64,000 nt of DNA from an uncultured delta proteobacterium (GCA_963832165.1 CAWHTE010000011.1:512001-576000), one strand, 5' to 3'; positions 39,619 to 49,702 are shown, counted from the first letter of the stretch. Numbers and translations: made by a program. The notes: generated by a model from the letters alone, not told the origin.

Positions 39619-40773
39619 ATGTCCAGGCCGCCCGCGGCGCGCATCGCCCTGATCGAGCCGTTTCTCGCCATGGAGGTGATGGAGCGCGCGTTCGCGATCG
39701 AGCGCGCGGGCGGGAAGGTGCTGCACCTCGAGATCGGCGAGCCCGATTTCGCGCCGCCGCCCGAAGCGGTCGAGGCGTGCGCGGCTGCGCTGCACGCGGG
39801 CGAGACCCGCTACACCGACAGCCGCGGCCTGATCGAGCTGCGCGAGGCGATCGCGGCCGACCTCGCGCGCCGCTTCGCGGTGCGGGTCGATCCCGAGCGC
39901 GTGATCGTGACGAGCGGTACCTCGCCCGCGATGCTGCTCGTGTTCTCGCTGCTCGTCGATCCCGGCGACGAGGTCGTGATCGGCACGCCGCACTACCCGT
40001 GCTACCCGAGCTTCGTGCACGCGTGCGGCGGCGTGCCCGTGTTCGTACCCACCGATCCCGCGCGCGGCTATCCGCTCGACCCCGACGCCGTGCGCGCGGC
40101 GGTGACGCCGCGCACGCGCGCGATCGTGGTCGGCTCGCCCGCGAACCCGACCGGCGCCGTGCAGAGCGCAGAGACGATGCGCGCGATCGCGGCGATCGGC
40201 CCGCCGCTCGTCTCCGACGAGATCTACGACGGGCTCGTCTACGGTGCGGCGCGCGTGACGTCGGCGCTCGAGGTGAGCGACGGCGCCTTCGTGCTCGACG
40301 GCTTCTCGAAGCGCTATGCGATGACGGGCTTCCGGCTCGGCTGGCTGGTCGCGCCACGCGAGAGCGTCCGGTCGCTGCAGATCCTGTCGCAGAATCTGTA
40401 CATCTCCGCGAACCGCTTCGTGCAGCGCGCGGGGATCGCCGCGCTCGCGCACGGCGAACGCACCGTGCGCGCGATGCGCGATGCCTACGCGCGGCGCCGC
40501 GACCGCATGGTGGCGGGCCTGCGCGCGCTCGGCTTCGGCGTGCCGCACGTGCCCGACGGCGCGTTCTATGTCTTCGCGGACGCGCGCGCGTTCGGGAGCG
40601 ATTCACGCAAGCTCGCGTTCGAGCTGCTCGAGCGCGCGCACGTGGGCACGACGCCCGGAATCGACTTCGGCGCCGCGGGCGAGGGCTGGCTGCGCTTCTC
40701 GTACTCGGCGTCCGACGCCACGATCGAGGAGGCGCTCGCGCGGCTCGCCGACGCGCTGCCGGCGCGGCGATGA
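39619..40773 (+). CDS. PLP-dependent aminotransferase class I/II
   Basis: GEPDF, SPANPTG, SDEIY, FSKRYAMTGFRLG. Confidence 0.92.
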   Translation: MSRPPAARIALIEPFLAMEVMERAFAIERAGGKVLHLEIGEPDFAPPPEAVEACAAALHAGETRYTDSRGLIELREAIAADLARRFAVRVDPERVIVTSGTSPAMLLVFSLLVDPGDEVVIGTPHYPCYPSFVHACGGVPVFVPTDPARGYPLDPDAVRAAVTPRTRAIVVGSPANPTGAVQSAETMRAIAAIGPPLVSDEIYDGLVYGAARVTSALEVSDGAFVLDGFSKRYAMTGFRLGWLVAPRESVRSLQILSQNLYISANRFVQRAGIAALAHGERTVRAMRDAYARRRDRMVAGLRALGFGVPHVPDGAFYVFADARAFGSDSRKLAFELLERAHVGTTPGIDFGAAGEGWLRFSYSASDATIEEALARLADALPARR

Positions 40774-41378
40774 CGCGGCGCGCGCCGCCGAAGATCACGG
40801 TCGCGGAGCTGCTCACGAGCGCCGCGAGCGCCGACGGGCTTCCCCGCGCCGGGTCCGCCCGAGATCGCGTTCCTGGGCCGCTCGAACGTCGGCAAGTCCA
40901 GTCTCTTGAACGCGCTGGTCGGGCGCCGCGCGCTCGCGCGCACCTCGGCGAACGCCCGGCAAGACGCGCCTGCTTGAACTGGTTCCGCGTCGTGCGCGGC
41001 GGGCGCGAGCTCTGGCTCGTCGATCTGCCCGGCTATGGCTATGCGAAGGTCGCGAAGAGCGAGCGCGCGGAGTGGAAGGGCTGGATCGAGGCCTATCTCG
41101 ATCGCCGACCGACCCTGCGCCTCGCGGTGTTGCTCCAGGACCTGCGCCGCGATCCCGGAGAAGACGAGACGCTCCTGCTGCAATGGCTCGCCGAGCGCGA
41201 CGTGCCGACGCTCGTCGCGCTGACCAAGTGCGACAAGGAGAAGCCGATGCGCCGCGCGGAGCGCGTGCGCGTGCTAGGCAAGGCCCCCGAGCTGCCGGCA
41301 GGGCAGATCCTCGCGACCTCGGCCGAGACCCGGCTCGGGATTCCCGAGCTCTGGGCGGCGATCGATCGAAGCGTCTAA
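40770..41378 (+). CDS. engB: Ribosome biogenesis GTPase YihA/EngB, two compensating frameshifts
   Basis: G1 [14 protein letters not shown] lies in an alternative frame (about 40861-40950); [10 protein letters not shown] and TKCDK in the main frame. Confidence 0.88.
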   Translation: MTRRAPPKITVAELLTSAASADGLPRAGSARDRVPGPLERRQVQSLERAGRAPRARAHLGERPARRACLNWFRVVRGGRELWLVDLPGYGYAKVAKSERAEWKGWIEAYLDRRPTLRLAVLLQDLRRDPGEDETLLLQWLAERDVPTLVALTKCDKEKPMRRAERVRVLGKAPELPAGQILATSAETRLGIPELWAAIDRSV

Positions 41379-41517
41379 CAGCGGCTTTGCTCTCGCGCTC
41401 CCTGCGCTCGGCTTCGGCACGCGAGGTCGTGAGTGCTTCGAATCATCTATACCGGGCGGGAGCTCTTCGAATTAGGTTCTGCTCGCGTGACGGGCGCACC
41501 GTCGAGGCGGAACTCTG

Positions 41518-43881
41518 GTGGTGAAGAAGTGGGGATACGCGGTCGCCGGTCTCGCATGCGCGCTGTTCGTCGCGTGCGTGGTCGAGTACTTCTTCGACAC
41601 GCCCGAGGCGTTCTTCGCCGCGCGAATCCAGCCGCGCCTGGAGTTCTGCCGCAACTGCCACATCGCCGGCGGTGTCGCGGACACCAAGGAGGGCAAGGGC
41701 CTCCAGCTGACCCAGGACCGATCGCGGGACTACCAGCTCACCCGCTTCGCTTGGCTCAAGCTGGGCGGCGGCGTCGAGACCAACCCGCTGCTGGTCAAGG
41801 CCTCCGACCCGGTCGATCCGCACAGCGGCGGCGATCCCTGGCCGACTTCGACCAGCGCCTATCACGAGGTGGTGACGCTCTTCCGCTGCTGGGACCACCC
41901 CGGCGCGTGCGATCTCCGAGCGCTCGACGAGGTGCCCGTGGATCGGCCGCTGCTCGGCAGCGCGCGCGGCGGTCACTACTGGCACGACTACTGCGAAGGC
42001 AGGCCCGACGTCGCGCCCGTTCCGCAGGATCCGCGCGAGCTCGTCGCGCCGGGCGTGAACGAGGGCAAGGCGATCTACATGAACGCCTGGTGGCAGACCT
42101 GCCAGGACGACGATCACCCCGGCACGTGTGGCGAGCTGCGCGCGCGCGTCGCACGCGGCTACAAGCTCATCGCTGCCGACGGCGAGGTCGGCGCGGGCCA
42201 CTTCTTCGGAGGCAGCTCTCCGGACGCCTCCTACGCCTTCCCGGCCGGCGACTACGCCCGGATGTGGAGCTCGATCTGGAGCCTGCCCGCGCGCCCGGAC
42301 AACTACGACGAGCTCGTGGCCGAGCGCTGGGGGACGGCGCTCTCGCGCACGCACAATCCGTATCCGCTCGACGGCGAGGATCCGAACCGGACCAACGGCG
42401 GCAGCGGACGGCTCCCGATGGGGCTCACGCAGCTGCGCAACGCGGACGGGACCTGGACGGGCAGGCTCAACGCGACCTGCAGCATCTGTCACGGCGGCAA
42501 AGTCGGGGAGGTGGCCGACGGGGCCGGGCTCGGGCCGCAGTACGGGACGAACAGCCTCTCCGATATCACCGTGATGTTCAGCGATCTCGGCCGGATCGCG
42601 CCGCAGCAGAGCGCACTCGCGGTGGTGTCGCAGAACAAGGTGCGCGGCACCGGCAACATCACCAACTTCCAGCTGTTCGGAACGCTCGAGCTGTTCGGGA
42701 ATCCGCTGGCGCTCTTGTATCCCTATCTGAGTATCCAGACCGAGCCCTCGACCGGCACCGAAGACCCGCCGGTCTGGTGGAACCTCGGACACCGCTCGGC
42801 GAAGTTCTACGACGGCGGACAGGTGGCGGACTCGCAGCGCATCGAGCTGTCGTTCCACTTTCCGAACACGCCGAGCCACGGTTTCCCGCCGCTCTCCTCG
42901 ACGATGGAGGCCGACAAGCAGTGGATCCTCGATCACCAGCACGACGGCGATGCGTGGATCACGTCGCTCGAATCGCCGCCCTGGCCCGAGCAGAGGCTCG
43001 GGCCGATCGATACGGCGCTGGCACTGCAGGGCGCGGTCCTGTTCCACAACAAGGACCTGTGGGCGCAGGCAGGCAACCCCGCGCCGCGGCCCGCGGGCGG
43101 CAACGGCTCATGCGCGAGCTGCCACGGCGCGTACTCGCCGCTCTACGTGAACGACCCGCGCTATCTCGACAGGCCGGAGCTCGAGGGCATCGCCGCACAC
43201 CTGGTGCCGATCGAGGTGATCGGGACCGATCCGCGGCGCCTGGAGGGCAACAGCCCGGCCGTCGTCGCTGCGTCTCGCAGCAGCTGGTTCGCCTACAACG
43301 ACGGTCCCGTGAACGGACTCGGCGCGCCGCTCTGCGGCAACTGGGCGGATCCCGACCTGCGCCAGGGGCGCCCGCTCGGCTACCTTGCACCGCCACTCTA
43401 CGGTGTATGGGCGACCGGGCCGTACTTCCACAACGGATCGGTGCCGACCGTCGAGCAGGTGCTCGATCCCGGAAGCCGCCCCACCTACTGGAGCCGGCTC
43501 TCCAAGCCCTCGCGACCGGATCAGCAGGGTCAGGTGGTGATGGGCTTCGACGACTCTCTCGCGACGGGCTACGACGCAGACCGGATCGGCTGGCGCTACA
43601 CGGAGCTCATGTGCGGCGCCAGCGGCACCACGCCCTATCTCGACTGCAACCCGGATCCGGAGGAGGGAGCGACCCTCCAGGACGCGCTGTCCCTAGTGTG
43701 GGCGAGCGGCGGCCTGGCCTGGAACCTGCTCAACGTGCCGATCTTCACCAATCAGCAGATCGAGGATCGCAAGGTCTACAACACGAACTACTACAGCCAG
43801 AGCAACTCCGGGCACGAGTTCACGTCCGTGCTGACGGCCCCGGAGCGGCTCGCGATCCTCGAGTATCTGAAGACGCTGTGA
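41518..43881 (+). CDS. RoxA/RoxB-like extracytoplasmic c-type cytochrome with three CxxCH motifs
   Basis: CRNCH, CSICH, CASCH; DPPVWWN; YLAPPLYGVWATGPYFHNGSVP; NSGHEF; LEYLKTL. Confidence 0.78.
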   Translation: MVKKWGYAVAGLACALFVACVVEYFFDTPEAFFAARIQPRLEFCRNCHIAGGVADTKEGKGLQLTQDRSRDYQLTRFAWLKLGGGVETNPLLVKASDPVDPHSGGDPWPTSTSAYHEVVTLFRCWDHPGACDLRALDEVPVDRPLLGSARGGHYWHDYCEGRPDVAPVPQDPRELVAPGVNEGKAIYMNAWWQTCQDDDHPGTCGELRARVARGYKLIAADGEVGAGHFFGGSSPDASYAFPAGDYARMWSSIWSLPARPDNYDELVAERWGTALSRTHNPYPLDGEDPNRTNGGSGRLPMGLTQLRNADGTWTGRLNATCSICHGGKVGEVADGAGLGPQYGTNSLSDITVMFSDLGRIAPQQSALAVVSQNKVRGTGNITNFQLFGTLELFGNPLALLYPYLSIQTEPSTGTEDPPVWWNLGHRSAKFYDGGQVADSQRIELSFHFPNTPSHGFPPLSSTMEADKQWILDHQHDGDAWITSLESPPWPEQRLGPIDTALALQGAVLFHNKDLWAQAGNPAPRPAGGNGSCASCHGAYSPLYVNDPRYLDRPELEGIAAHLVPIEVIGTDPRRLEGNSPAVVAASRSSWFAYNDGPVNGLGAPLCGNWADPDLRQGRPLGYLAPPLYGVWATGPYFHNGSVPTVEQVLDPGSRPTYWSRLSKPSRPDQQGQVVMGFDDSLATGYDADRIGWRYTELMCGASGTTPYLDCNPDPEEGATLQDALSLVWASGGLAWNLLNVPIFTNQQIEDRKVYNTNYYSQSNSGHEFTSVLTAPERLAILEYLKTL

Positions 43882-43889
43882 GGGGCTGG

Positions 43890-44240
43890 TCAGGCTGGGC
43901 GCTTGATGTAGACGTCCACGCGCGCGATGCGGCCCGCGGCGTCGAATTCGAACAGCAGCGCCTCGGGCGTGCGAAAGCGACCGCTGTCCCGATCGATCGT
44001 CTCGGACAGCTCGACGACGGCGCCCCCACCCTCGATCGGGCGGATCCGCGCGACGTCGAGCTCGTAGTTGGGAAGCTTCGGAATCACGCCGGCCAGGAAC
44101 GCGACGTAGGACTCGCGACCGCGCACCTCGTCGAGGAATGGGCCCGTGCGGTGCACGTCCTTCGCAAGCGTGTCCGCGAGCGCGTCCCAGTCGTGCGCGC
44201 GCATTGCCGCGAAATAGCGCTCGAGCACCTCCGTGTTCAC
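43890..44240 (-). CDS. NTF2/SnoaL-like protein
   Basis: LERYFAAMRAHDWDAL..L..DV, GRIARVDVY; coupled to cofE. Confidence 0.8.
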   Translation of the reverse strand: MNTEVLERYFAAMRAHDWDALADTLAKDVHRTGPFLDEVRGRESYVAFLAGVIPKLPNYELDVARIRPIEGGGAVVELSETIDRDSGRFRTPEALLFEFDAAGRIARVDVYIKRPA

Positions 44241-44998
44241 CTGAATAGATCCGTCGCGGGGTCGCGCAGCGTCTGGCGCACCGTGCCGTCGCCCGAGAGC
44301 ACGACGCCCGTGACCCAGACCGCGGGAATGCCCGCGTCCTTGCGCATGAGCAGACCCGCGGCCGCCGCGAGCTGATCCGCGGTGGCGGTCGCCGTGACCT
44401 CGAGCGGGCGGCCGACCCAGTCGGTGGAGCCGCGCAGATCGTCGATCGGCGCGATGCCCGCGCTGCCGAGCGCCACGTCGACGAGCCCCTCGCGCCACGG
44501 CCGCCCGAACGTGTCGGAGACCACCACGGCGAGCGGTCCAGCACCGAGCTTCTCCAGCCCCGCGCGCAGCGCGCGCGCGGACGCGTCGGGGTCGTCGGGC
44601 AAGAGCACCGCGGTGTCGGGGCCGGCCGCGTTCGAGAGGTCGACACCCGAGTTCGCGCACACGAATCCGTGGCGCGTCTCGGTGATCAGCGTGCGGTAGC
44701 CGCGCCGCACGATCCGCACCGACTCGCGCAGCACGATCTCCATGTGGCGCGGATCCTTGCCGTCTTCGGCTGCGATCCGGCGCGCCTCGTCGGACGGGGT
44801 GACGTCCGCGAGCGCGACGATCCGGCCCTCGGCCTTCGACACGATCTTCTGGCACACCACGAGCACGCCGTTCGCGAGCGCGAGGTGCTGCGCGGCCGCG
44901 GCGCCGTGGATCAGCTGCGCGAGGTCGTCGCCGGGCCGCACCGCCGGGAGACCCGCGATCGCCACAAGCTCGATCCTTTCGGCCTCCTTGCGGCTCAC
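44237..44998 (-). CDS. cofE: Coenzyme F420-0:gamma-glutamyl ligase
   Basis: VRPGDDL, QKIVSKAEG, GFVCANSGVDLSN, LLPDDPDASA, DTFGRPWREG. Confidence 0.93.
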   Translation of the reverse strand: MSRKEAERIELVAIAGLPAVRPGDDLAQLIHGAAAAQHLALANGVLVVCQKIVSKAEGRIVALADVTPSDEARRIAAEDGKDPRHMEIVLRESVRIVRRGYRTLITETRHGFVCANSGVDLSNAAGPDTAVLLPDDPDASARALRAGLEKLGAGPLAVVVSDTFGRPWREGLVDVALGSAGIAPIDDLRGSTDWVGRPLEVTATATADQLAAAAGLLMRKDAGIPAVWVTGVVLSGDGTVRQTLRDPATDLFR

Positions 44999-45621
44999 GC
45001 GCGCCACGCCTCGAGCAGTGCGCGCGTGCGCGCGCCGAGCGTGGGCTGGGCGAGGATCGCGTGCGCGTCTTCGGCGCGGTCGACGTCGATCGCGAGCGAG
45101 GCCAGCGCGAGCTCGACCAGCGGCGCGCCCGCGTCCGTTGCGGCCTCGCGGTGGCGCTTGGCGCTGTCGCGGCCGAAGCGCGCGGGGATCACGTCGCGCG
45201 GCCGCCGCAACAGCGCCGACGTGCCGCCGTCGCGCGACGGCGCGAGCACCACGCCGCGCGCGGGCGCGGCCGCGAGCAGCTGTGAAACTTCCTCGGGGTC
45301 GGCCGCGGCGACGTCGCCCAGCATCACGAGCACGCCGTCGCCGGGCCCCGCGATCTCCGCGCTCGCGGCCTCGATCGCGGCATTGAGGCCGGGATCGTCG
45401 CGCAGCAGCGCCTGCGCGCCCTGGGCCTCGGCAGCCTGCGCCACTTCGGGATCGGGCGTCACGACCGCAACGCGCGCGACGCCGGCCACTGCGCGCAGAC
45501 ACGCGATCACGTCGCCCATCATCGCGAGCGAGAGCGCCTCGACGTCGCCGCGCGCGCGCTCGGGGAACAGGCGCGACTTCGATTCCGCGAGCGCCTTCAC
45601 GGGGACGACCGCGGCGATCAC
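44995..45621 (-). CDS. cofC: 2-phospho-L-lactate/PEP guanylyltransferase
   Basis: VVPVK...SKSRL, GLNAA, GD, DGGTSAL, FGRDS..RH, DVD..ED. Confidence 0.9.
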   Translation of the reverse strand: MIAAVVPVKALAESKSRLFPERARGDVEALSLAMMGDVIACLRAVAGVARVAVVTPDPEVAQAAEAQGAQALLRDDPGLNAAIEAASAEIAGPGDGVLVMLGDVAAADPEEVSQLLAAAPARGVVLAPSRDGGTSALLRRPRDVIPARFGRDSAKRHREAATDAGAPLVELALASLAIDVDRAEDAHAILAQPTLGARTRALLEAWRA

Positions 45622-46579
45622 GCGACCTCTCGCGCGAGGGCGAGCGCGCTGCGCGCGAGCTCGGCCGCGATCTCGGGGCTGCGCATCAGCGTGTCGACTG
45701 CGCGCGCGCGCACGCCGAGCGCCTCGACGTCGGCGCTGCTGCGCCGCGTCGCGCGTGTCGAGCACGTAGCCGTCGAGCAGCTCGCCGTAGAGCGCGGCGA
45801 CGCCGCGCGCCGATACCTCGTGGCCGAGCCCGCGCAGCAGGCGATCGGCGGGGCCCTTCACGGGCACGCCGCCGATGATCGGCGAGATCGCGACCACGGG
45901 CGCGCGCGCCGCGAGCAGCGCGTCGCGGATCCCCGGGACTTCCAGGATCGGGCCGATCGACACGATCGGATTGCTCGGGCAGAACACGATCACGTCGGCG
46001 CGCGCGATCGCATCGAGCACGCCCGGACCCGGCCGCGCGCGGCGCGCCGGCCGAGAGGTCGACGCCGGAGACGTCATCGGGCGCGCCGTCGCGCGCGAGG
46101 TATTCCTCGAAGTGCACGCTGCGCCCGCCCGTGAGCACGACATGGGTCGGGCACGGATCCTCCGACATCACGAGAATCCGCGATGCGACGCCGAGCGCGC
46201 GGCGCAGCTCGTCCGCAATCGCGCCGAGCCCCGCGCCCTGCGCGAGCCGCATCGTCCGGTGAAGGCAGTGCGCGAAGTCGCGGTCGCCGAGCCGGAACCA
46301 GGTCTCGTGGCCGAGCGCGCCGAGCGCGTCGATCACCGCGGTGGTGTCGCCTTCGAGCCCGTAGCCGCGCGCGCGGTCGACGAGGCCCGCGAGCGTGTAG
46401 GTCACGATGTCGACGTCGGGCGACACGTGCACGCCGTAGAAGCGCATGTCGTCGCCCGTGTTCACGATCACCGAGACGTCTTCGGGCGGGACCGCGCGCA
46501 CGAGCCCGGCCAGGAAGCGCGCCGCGCCGACGCCGCCCGCGAGCGCAACGACGCTCGCGCGCGTGGCTTCAGGGGGCAT
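45618..46579 (-). CDS. cofD: LPPG:FO 2-phospho-L-lactate transferase, frameshifts near 46050 and 45735
   Basis: LAGGVGAARF, NTGDD, SPDVD, WFRLGDRD, HFEEY, PSNPIVSIGPIL, KGPAD. Confidence 0.9.
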
Positions 46580-47129
46580 CGGGCGCGGGAGCGGGCGCAG
46601 TGCCCGCTGCCGCCTCGCGCTGCTTGCGCAGCTCGCGCAGCTCGTCCTGGAGCCGCGGCAGCCGATCGGCGATCGCGGCCACCTCGCCCGAGTCGCTCTC
46701 ACGCGACACGCGTTCGGGATCGCTGATGTAGTTGCCGAGCTCGGTCTCGTCGGCCTCGATCCTCTTCTCGAGATCCGCAATGCGCGCGTCGAGCGCCGCG
46801 ACCTTCTCGTCCACGGGCGGTGCGGGCGGCGGCGCCGACTGGACGGGCGGCTCCGCCGCAGGCGCGCTCTGTTCGGCGGCGGATTTCTGGGCGGCGCGCG
46901 TCTCGCCCGCGGGCGTCTCGGCCACGCGCGCGCCTTCGCGCTCCGCGGCGATCTCGATCGCCGAGCTGCGCAGCTCCTCGGGGATGCGCTCGACCACGGT
47001 GGTGTAGCGGACGGCGCCGGAAGCATCCGACCACTGGTACAGGGGATCGCGCGCACCGGCTGCTGCAGGGGCTGCAATCGCGAGCGCGGCGACCGCGCAC
47101 AGGGCCCGAAGCGGAGTCGTGTTCGTCAT
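46569..47129 (-). CDS. Exported DUF4124-like protein with coiled-coil tail
   Basis: Signal peptide, LYQWSDASGAVRYT...IP. Confidence 0.7.
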   Translation of the reverse strand: MTNTTPLRALCAVAALAIAAPAAAGARDPLYQWSDASGAVRYTTVVERIPEELRSSAIEIAAEREGARVAETPAGETRAAQKSAAEQSAPAAEPPVQSAPPPAPPVDEKVAALDARIADLEKRIEADETELGNYISDPERVSRESDSGEVAAIADRLPRLQDELRELRKQREAAAGTAPAPAPDAP

Positions 47130-47261
47130 CTCGAAAGTGTCGAAGAGCGAAGCGGGAGCGTCAACCGCCGTGTGCGCGGGTTCGCGCCGCGCCGTGTGCC
47201 CGCGGTCACGGCGACGCTCGCGCCCGGCGCACAAACGCGTGAAATCGCACGGCCGGGCCTG

Positions 47262-47277
47262 CGGCACGCGGATTGCT
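47262..47277 (+). promoter_or_regulatory. Sigma54 (-24/-12) promoter
   Basis: CGGCACG-CGGA-TTGCT. Confidence 0.75.
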
Positions 47278-47289
47278 CTCTCGCTGCGC

Positions 47290-48840
47290 ATGACTTCGAT
47301 GCGCTCCCGAATCGCGGCGCTGGCGGCTTGTGGAATCGCGGCACTCGCCGCGGCAGGCGATCTCGCGGCCGAACGCTGGCTGCCCCTCGAGGCGCCCGCG
47401 GGCATCGACCGCGCGGCCGAGGCGCTCGCGGTCGATCCCGGCACGGGCCGGATCGCCGTGGGCGGCGAGCGCGGCGTCGCGCTCGGCCCGCTCGAGGGCC
47501 CGCTCGTGCGCGTGCTCACGCGCGGGCCCGTACACGATCTGGTGTTCGAGCGGAGTGGCGCGCTGCTCGCGGCTACGGAGGTGGGGCTGTATCGGATCGA
47601 GGCGCCCGATCGCGTGAGCACGGAGGACATCGCGACGGGTGATGCGGCGCGACAGGTCCGCGCGCTCGCCATGGCCGGGGAAGTCGCGATCGCGGCGACT
47701 GCCGCGGGCGTGTTCGAGCGCGTGACGCGCGAGCCATCGCTGTGGCGGCGCGTTCCGGGGCTGCCTTTCGGCGAGGCGCAGCGCGTCGCGACGACGAGCG
47801 GTCCGGGCGGGCAGCTCGAAGTGTGGGCCGCGATCGACAATGCGCTCTGGAGTGCGAACGCGGAGCAGGGCGCGCGCCGCGTGACGCTGCCCGGTGTCGC
47901 GCAGGGCGAGGAGGGCCCCGTCGATCTCGCGCGCGGACCCTCGGGTGAGCTGCTCGTCGTGCTGCGCCGCTCGCTCGCGGTCCGCGACGCGGCGGGCGAA
48001 TGGCGGACGCTGCCGCTCGTGTTGCCGCCGGGCGCGCTGCCGCGGCGGATCGCGGCTGAGCCGGGTCGCCTCTGGCTCGCGACCGACGCGGGCCTGCTCT
48101 TCGCGAGCGGCTTCGCAGGTCCGTGGCAGCGGGCCGGCGCGCCGGCCGGCAACGCGGTGGCCACCGCGCTCGCGGGCGAGCGCGATCGCCTGCTGGTCGC
48201 GACCGCGCAGGGGCTGCTTCGACATTCGAGAGTGTCGGCCTCCGCGAGCGCGGCGTCGGCGGCCGCGGCGCCGCGCGCGCAGCGCGGCGATCCGCCGATC
48301 ACCACAGTGCAGCGCCGTGCGCTCCACTACGTGTCGCTCGACCCGCGGCGCATGCGCGAGCTCTGGGACGCCGCGGGCCGTCGCGCCTGGGCGCCCGAGG
48401 TGATCGTGCGCGGCGACTACGGCCGCGATGACGACCATACGTACAGCTACGACGAGGCCTTCATCTCGGGCTCGACCCACTCGCTCTTCGACCGCGATCG
48501 CTCGAACGCGGACGGCTACGCGGTCTCGCTCGCGCTGTCGTGGGACCTCGGCGACGCCGTGTTCAACCTCGACCGGATCGACGTCTCGCGCGAGGCGCGG
48601 CTCGTGATCCAGCTGCGCGACGACGTGCTCGACGAGGTGACCCAGCTCTACTTCGAGCGACAGCGCGTGCTCGCGTCGCTCGACGCGCCGGCTGCCGACG
48701 TACCGGTCGCGCTGCTGCGCCTGCGCGCCGCCGAGCTCGCATCCGGCCTGGACGCGTGGACGGGCGGCTGGTTCAGCGAGCAGCTCGCTCGTCCGGCTTC
48801 TGCAGGTCCCTCCATCCCCGCACAGGAATCCCAACCATGA
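47290..48840 (+). CDS. Exported beta-propeller protein with C-terminal beta-hairpin/helical domain
   Basis: Repeats of LLAATEVGLY / AATAAGVF / LATDAGLL / VATAQGLL; C-terminal LSWDLG, DEVTQLYFERQR, LDAWTGGWFS. Confidence 0.7.
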   Translation: MTSMRSRIAALAACGIAALAAAGDLAAERWLPLEAPAGIDRAAEALAVDPGTGRIAVGGERGVALGPLEGPLVRVLTRGPVHDLVFERSGALLAATEVGLYRIEAPDRVSTEDIATGDAARQVRALAMAGEVAIAATAAGVFERVTREPSLWRRVPGLPFGEAQRVATTSGPGGQLEVWAAIDNALWSANAEQGARRVTLPGVAQGEEGPVDLARGPSGELLVVLRRSLAVRDAAGEWRTLPLVLPPGALPRRIAAEPGRLWLATDAGLLFASGFAGPWQRAGAPAGNAVATALAGERDRLLVATAQGLLRHSRVSASASAASAAAAPRAQRGDPPITTVQRRALHYVSLDPRRMRELWDAAGRRAWAPEVIVRGDYGRDDDHTYSYDEAFISGSTHSLFDRDRSNADGYAVSLALSWDLGDAVFNLDRIDVSREARLVIQLRDDVLDEVTQLYFERQRVLASLDAPAADVPVALLRLRAAELASGLDAWTGGWFSEQLARPASAGPSIPAQESQP

Positions 48841-49484
48841 TCTGTTCGCTTCGCGGCCTCCGGGCCGCCACTGCTGCGCTGTGCTGTGTCGCGGCGCCGC
48901 TCGGGGCGCACGCGCTGCCCGTGCTGTCCGAGGTCTTCTACGACGCGATCGGCGTCGACGACGGCCTGTCGTTCGTCGAGCTCTACGGTGCGCCCGGAAC
49001 GGATCTGTCCGGCATGCTGATCCAGGGCATCAACGGAACCGGCGGCACCCTGACCGACGACATCACGCTCTCGGGCGTGATCCCCGCCGACGGCCTGTTC
49101 GTGATCGCGGACGGGCTCGCAGACGGAACGACGCAGGTCGCCAACGCCGACCTGATCGCCAACTTCGACTTCCAGAACGGTCCGGACTCCGTGGTGCTGT
49201 TCTCGGGAGAAGTCGCGCTGGACGCGGTCGGGTACGGCGTGTTCGCGGTCACCGATGTGTTCGCGGGGGAGGGCAGCTCCCGCGGTCGACCCCGCTGCGG
49301 GCATGGCGATCGCGCGCGCGTTCGCGGACATCGATACGGACGACAACGCGATCGATTTCATCGCGGGCGCGCCCACGCCCGGCAGCGCCGCGTTCTCGAG
49401 CGTGCCGGAGCCCAGTGTCGCGGCGCTGCTCTCGTTCGGTCTGTGCGCGCTCGCATGGCGGGCCGCAAACGCCATCCCCTCTGA
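48837..49484 (+). CDS. Lamin-tail-domain protein with PEP-CTERM sorting signal; frameshifts near 49280 and 49460
   Basis: VLSEVFYDA.G.D...FVELY, FQNGPD, DTDDN..DF...PTPG, VPEPS followed by a transmembrane helix and basic tail. Confidence 0.75.
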   Translation: MICSLRGLRAATAALCCVAAPLGAHALPVLSEVFYDAIGVDDGLSFVELYGAPGTDLSGMLIQGINGTGGTLTDDITLSGVIPADGLFVIADGLADGTTQVANADLIANFDFQNGPDSVVLFSGEVALDAVGYGVFAVTDVFAGEGSSRGRPRCGHGDRARVRGHRYGRQRDRFHRGRAHARQRRVLERAGAQCRGAALVRSVRARMAGRKRHPL

Positions 49485-49574
49485 TTCCGATTCAGGGCGG
49501 CGGTTCTCCTCCCGCCGTTCGCCGCCCCGGCGCTCGACGCAGCGCGCGCCGGGGCGGCTTCCCGTCTTGCCGGG

Positions 49575-49658
49575 CCTTCGCGCTCGCTGATCGCTCGCGC
49601 TCGGGCTCCGGCCTTCGCTCGGCTTCGCCTCGCTGCGCGTCGGCCGACTTCGTCGGCC
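49575..49658. repeat. Cluster of REP-like / GAA-triloop palindromes
   Basis: CTTCGCTCGGCTTCGCCTCGCTGCGCG (49613-49639) and GGCCGAC-TTC-GTCGGCC (49642-49658). Confidence 0.6.
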
Positions 49659-49702
49659 TCCTTGCGTTTGTCGGGCCTTTGCCAGCTACGCTCCGTGCGC
49701 CG

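Noticed and set aside
40770..41378. Programmed frameshifting or true pseudogene in engB (also ccmF and cofD)
   Set aside because: No slippery heptamer or stimulatory structure is evident, and indels are common across unrelated genes here.
41375..41480. Possible IS5/MITE end or REP remnant before the RoxA-like gene
   Set aside because: Only short, degenerate similarity to the 49.6-kb repeats; no paired terminal repeats, target duplication or transposase.
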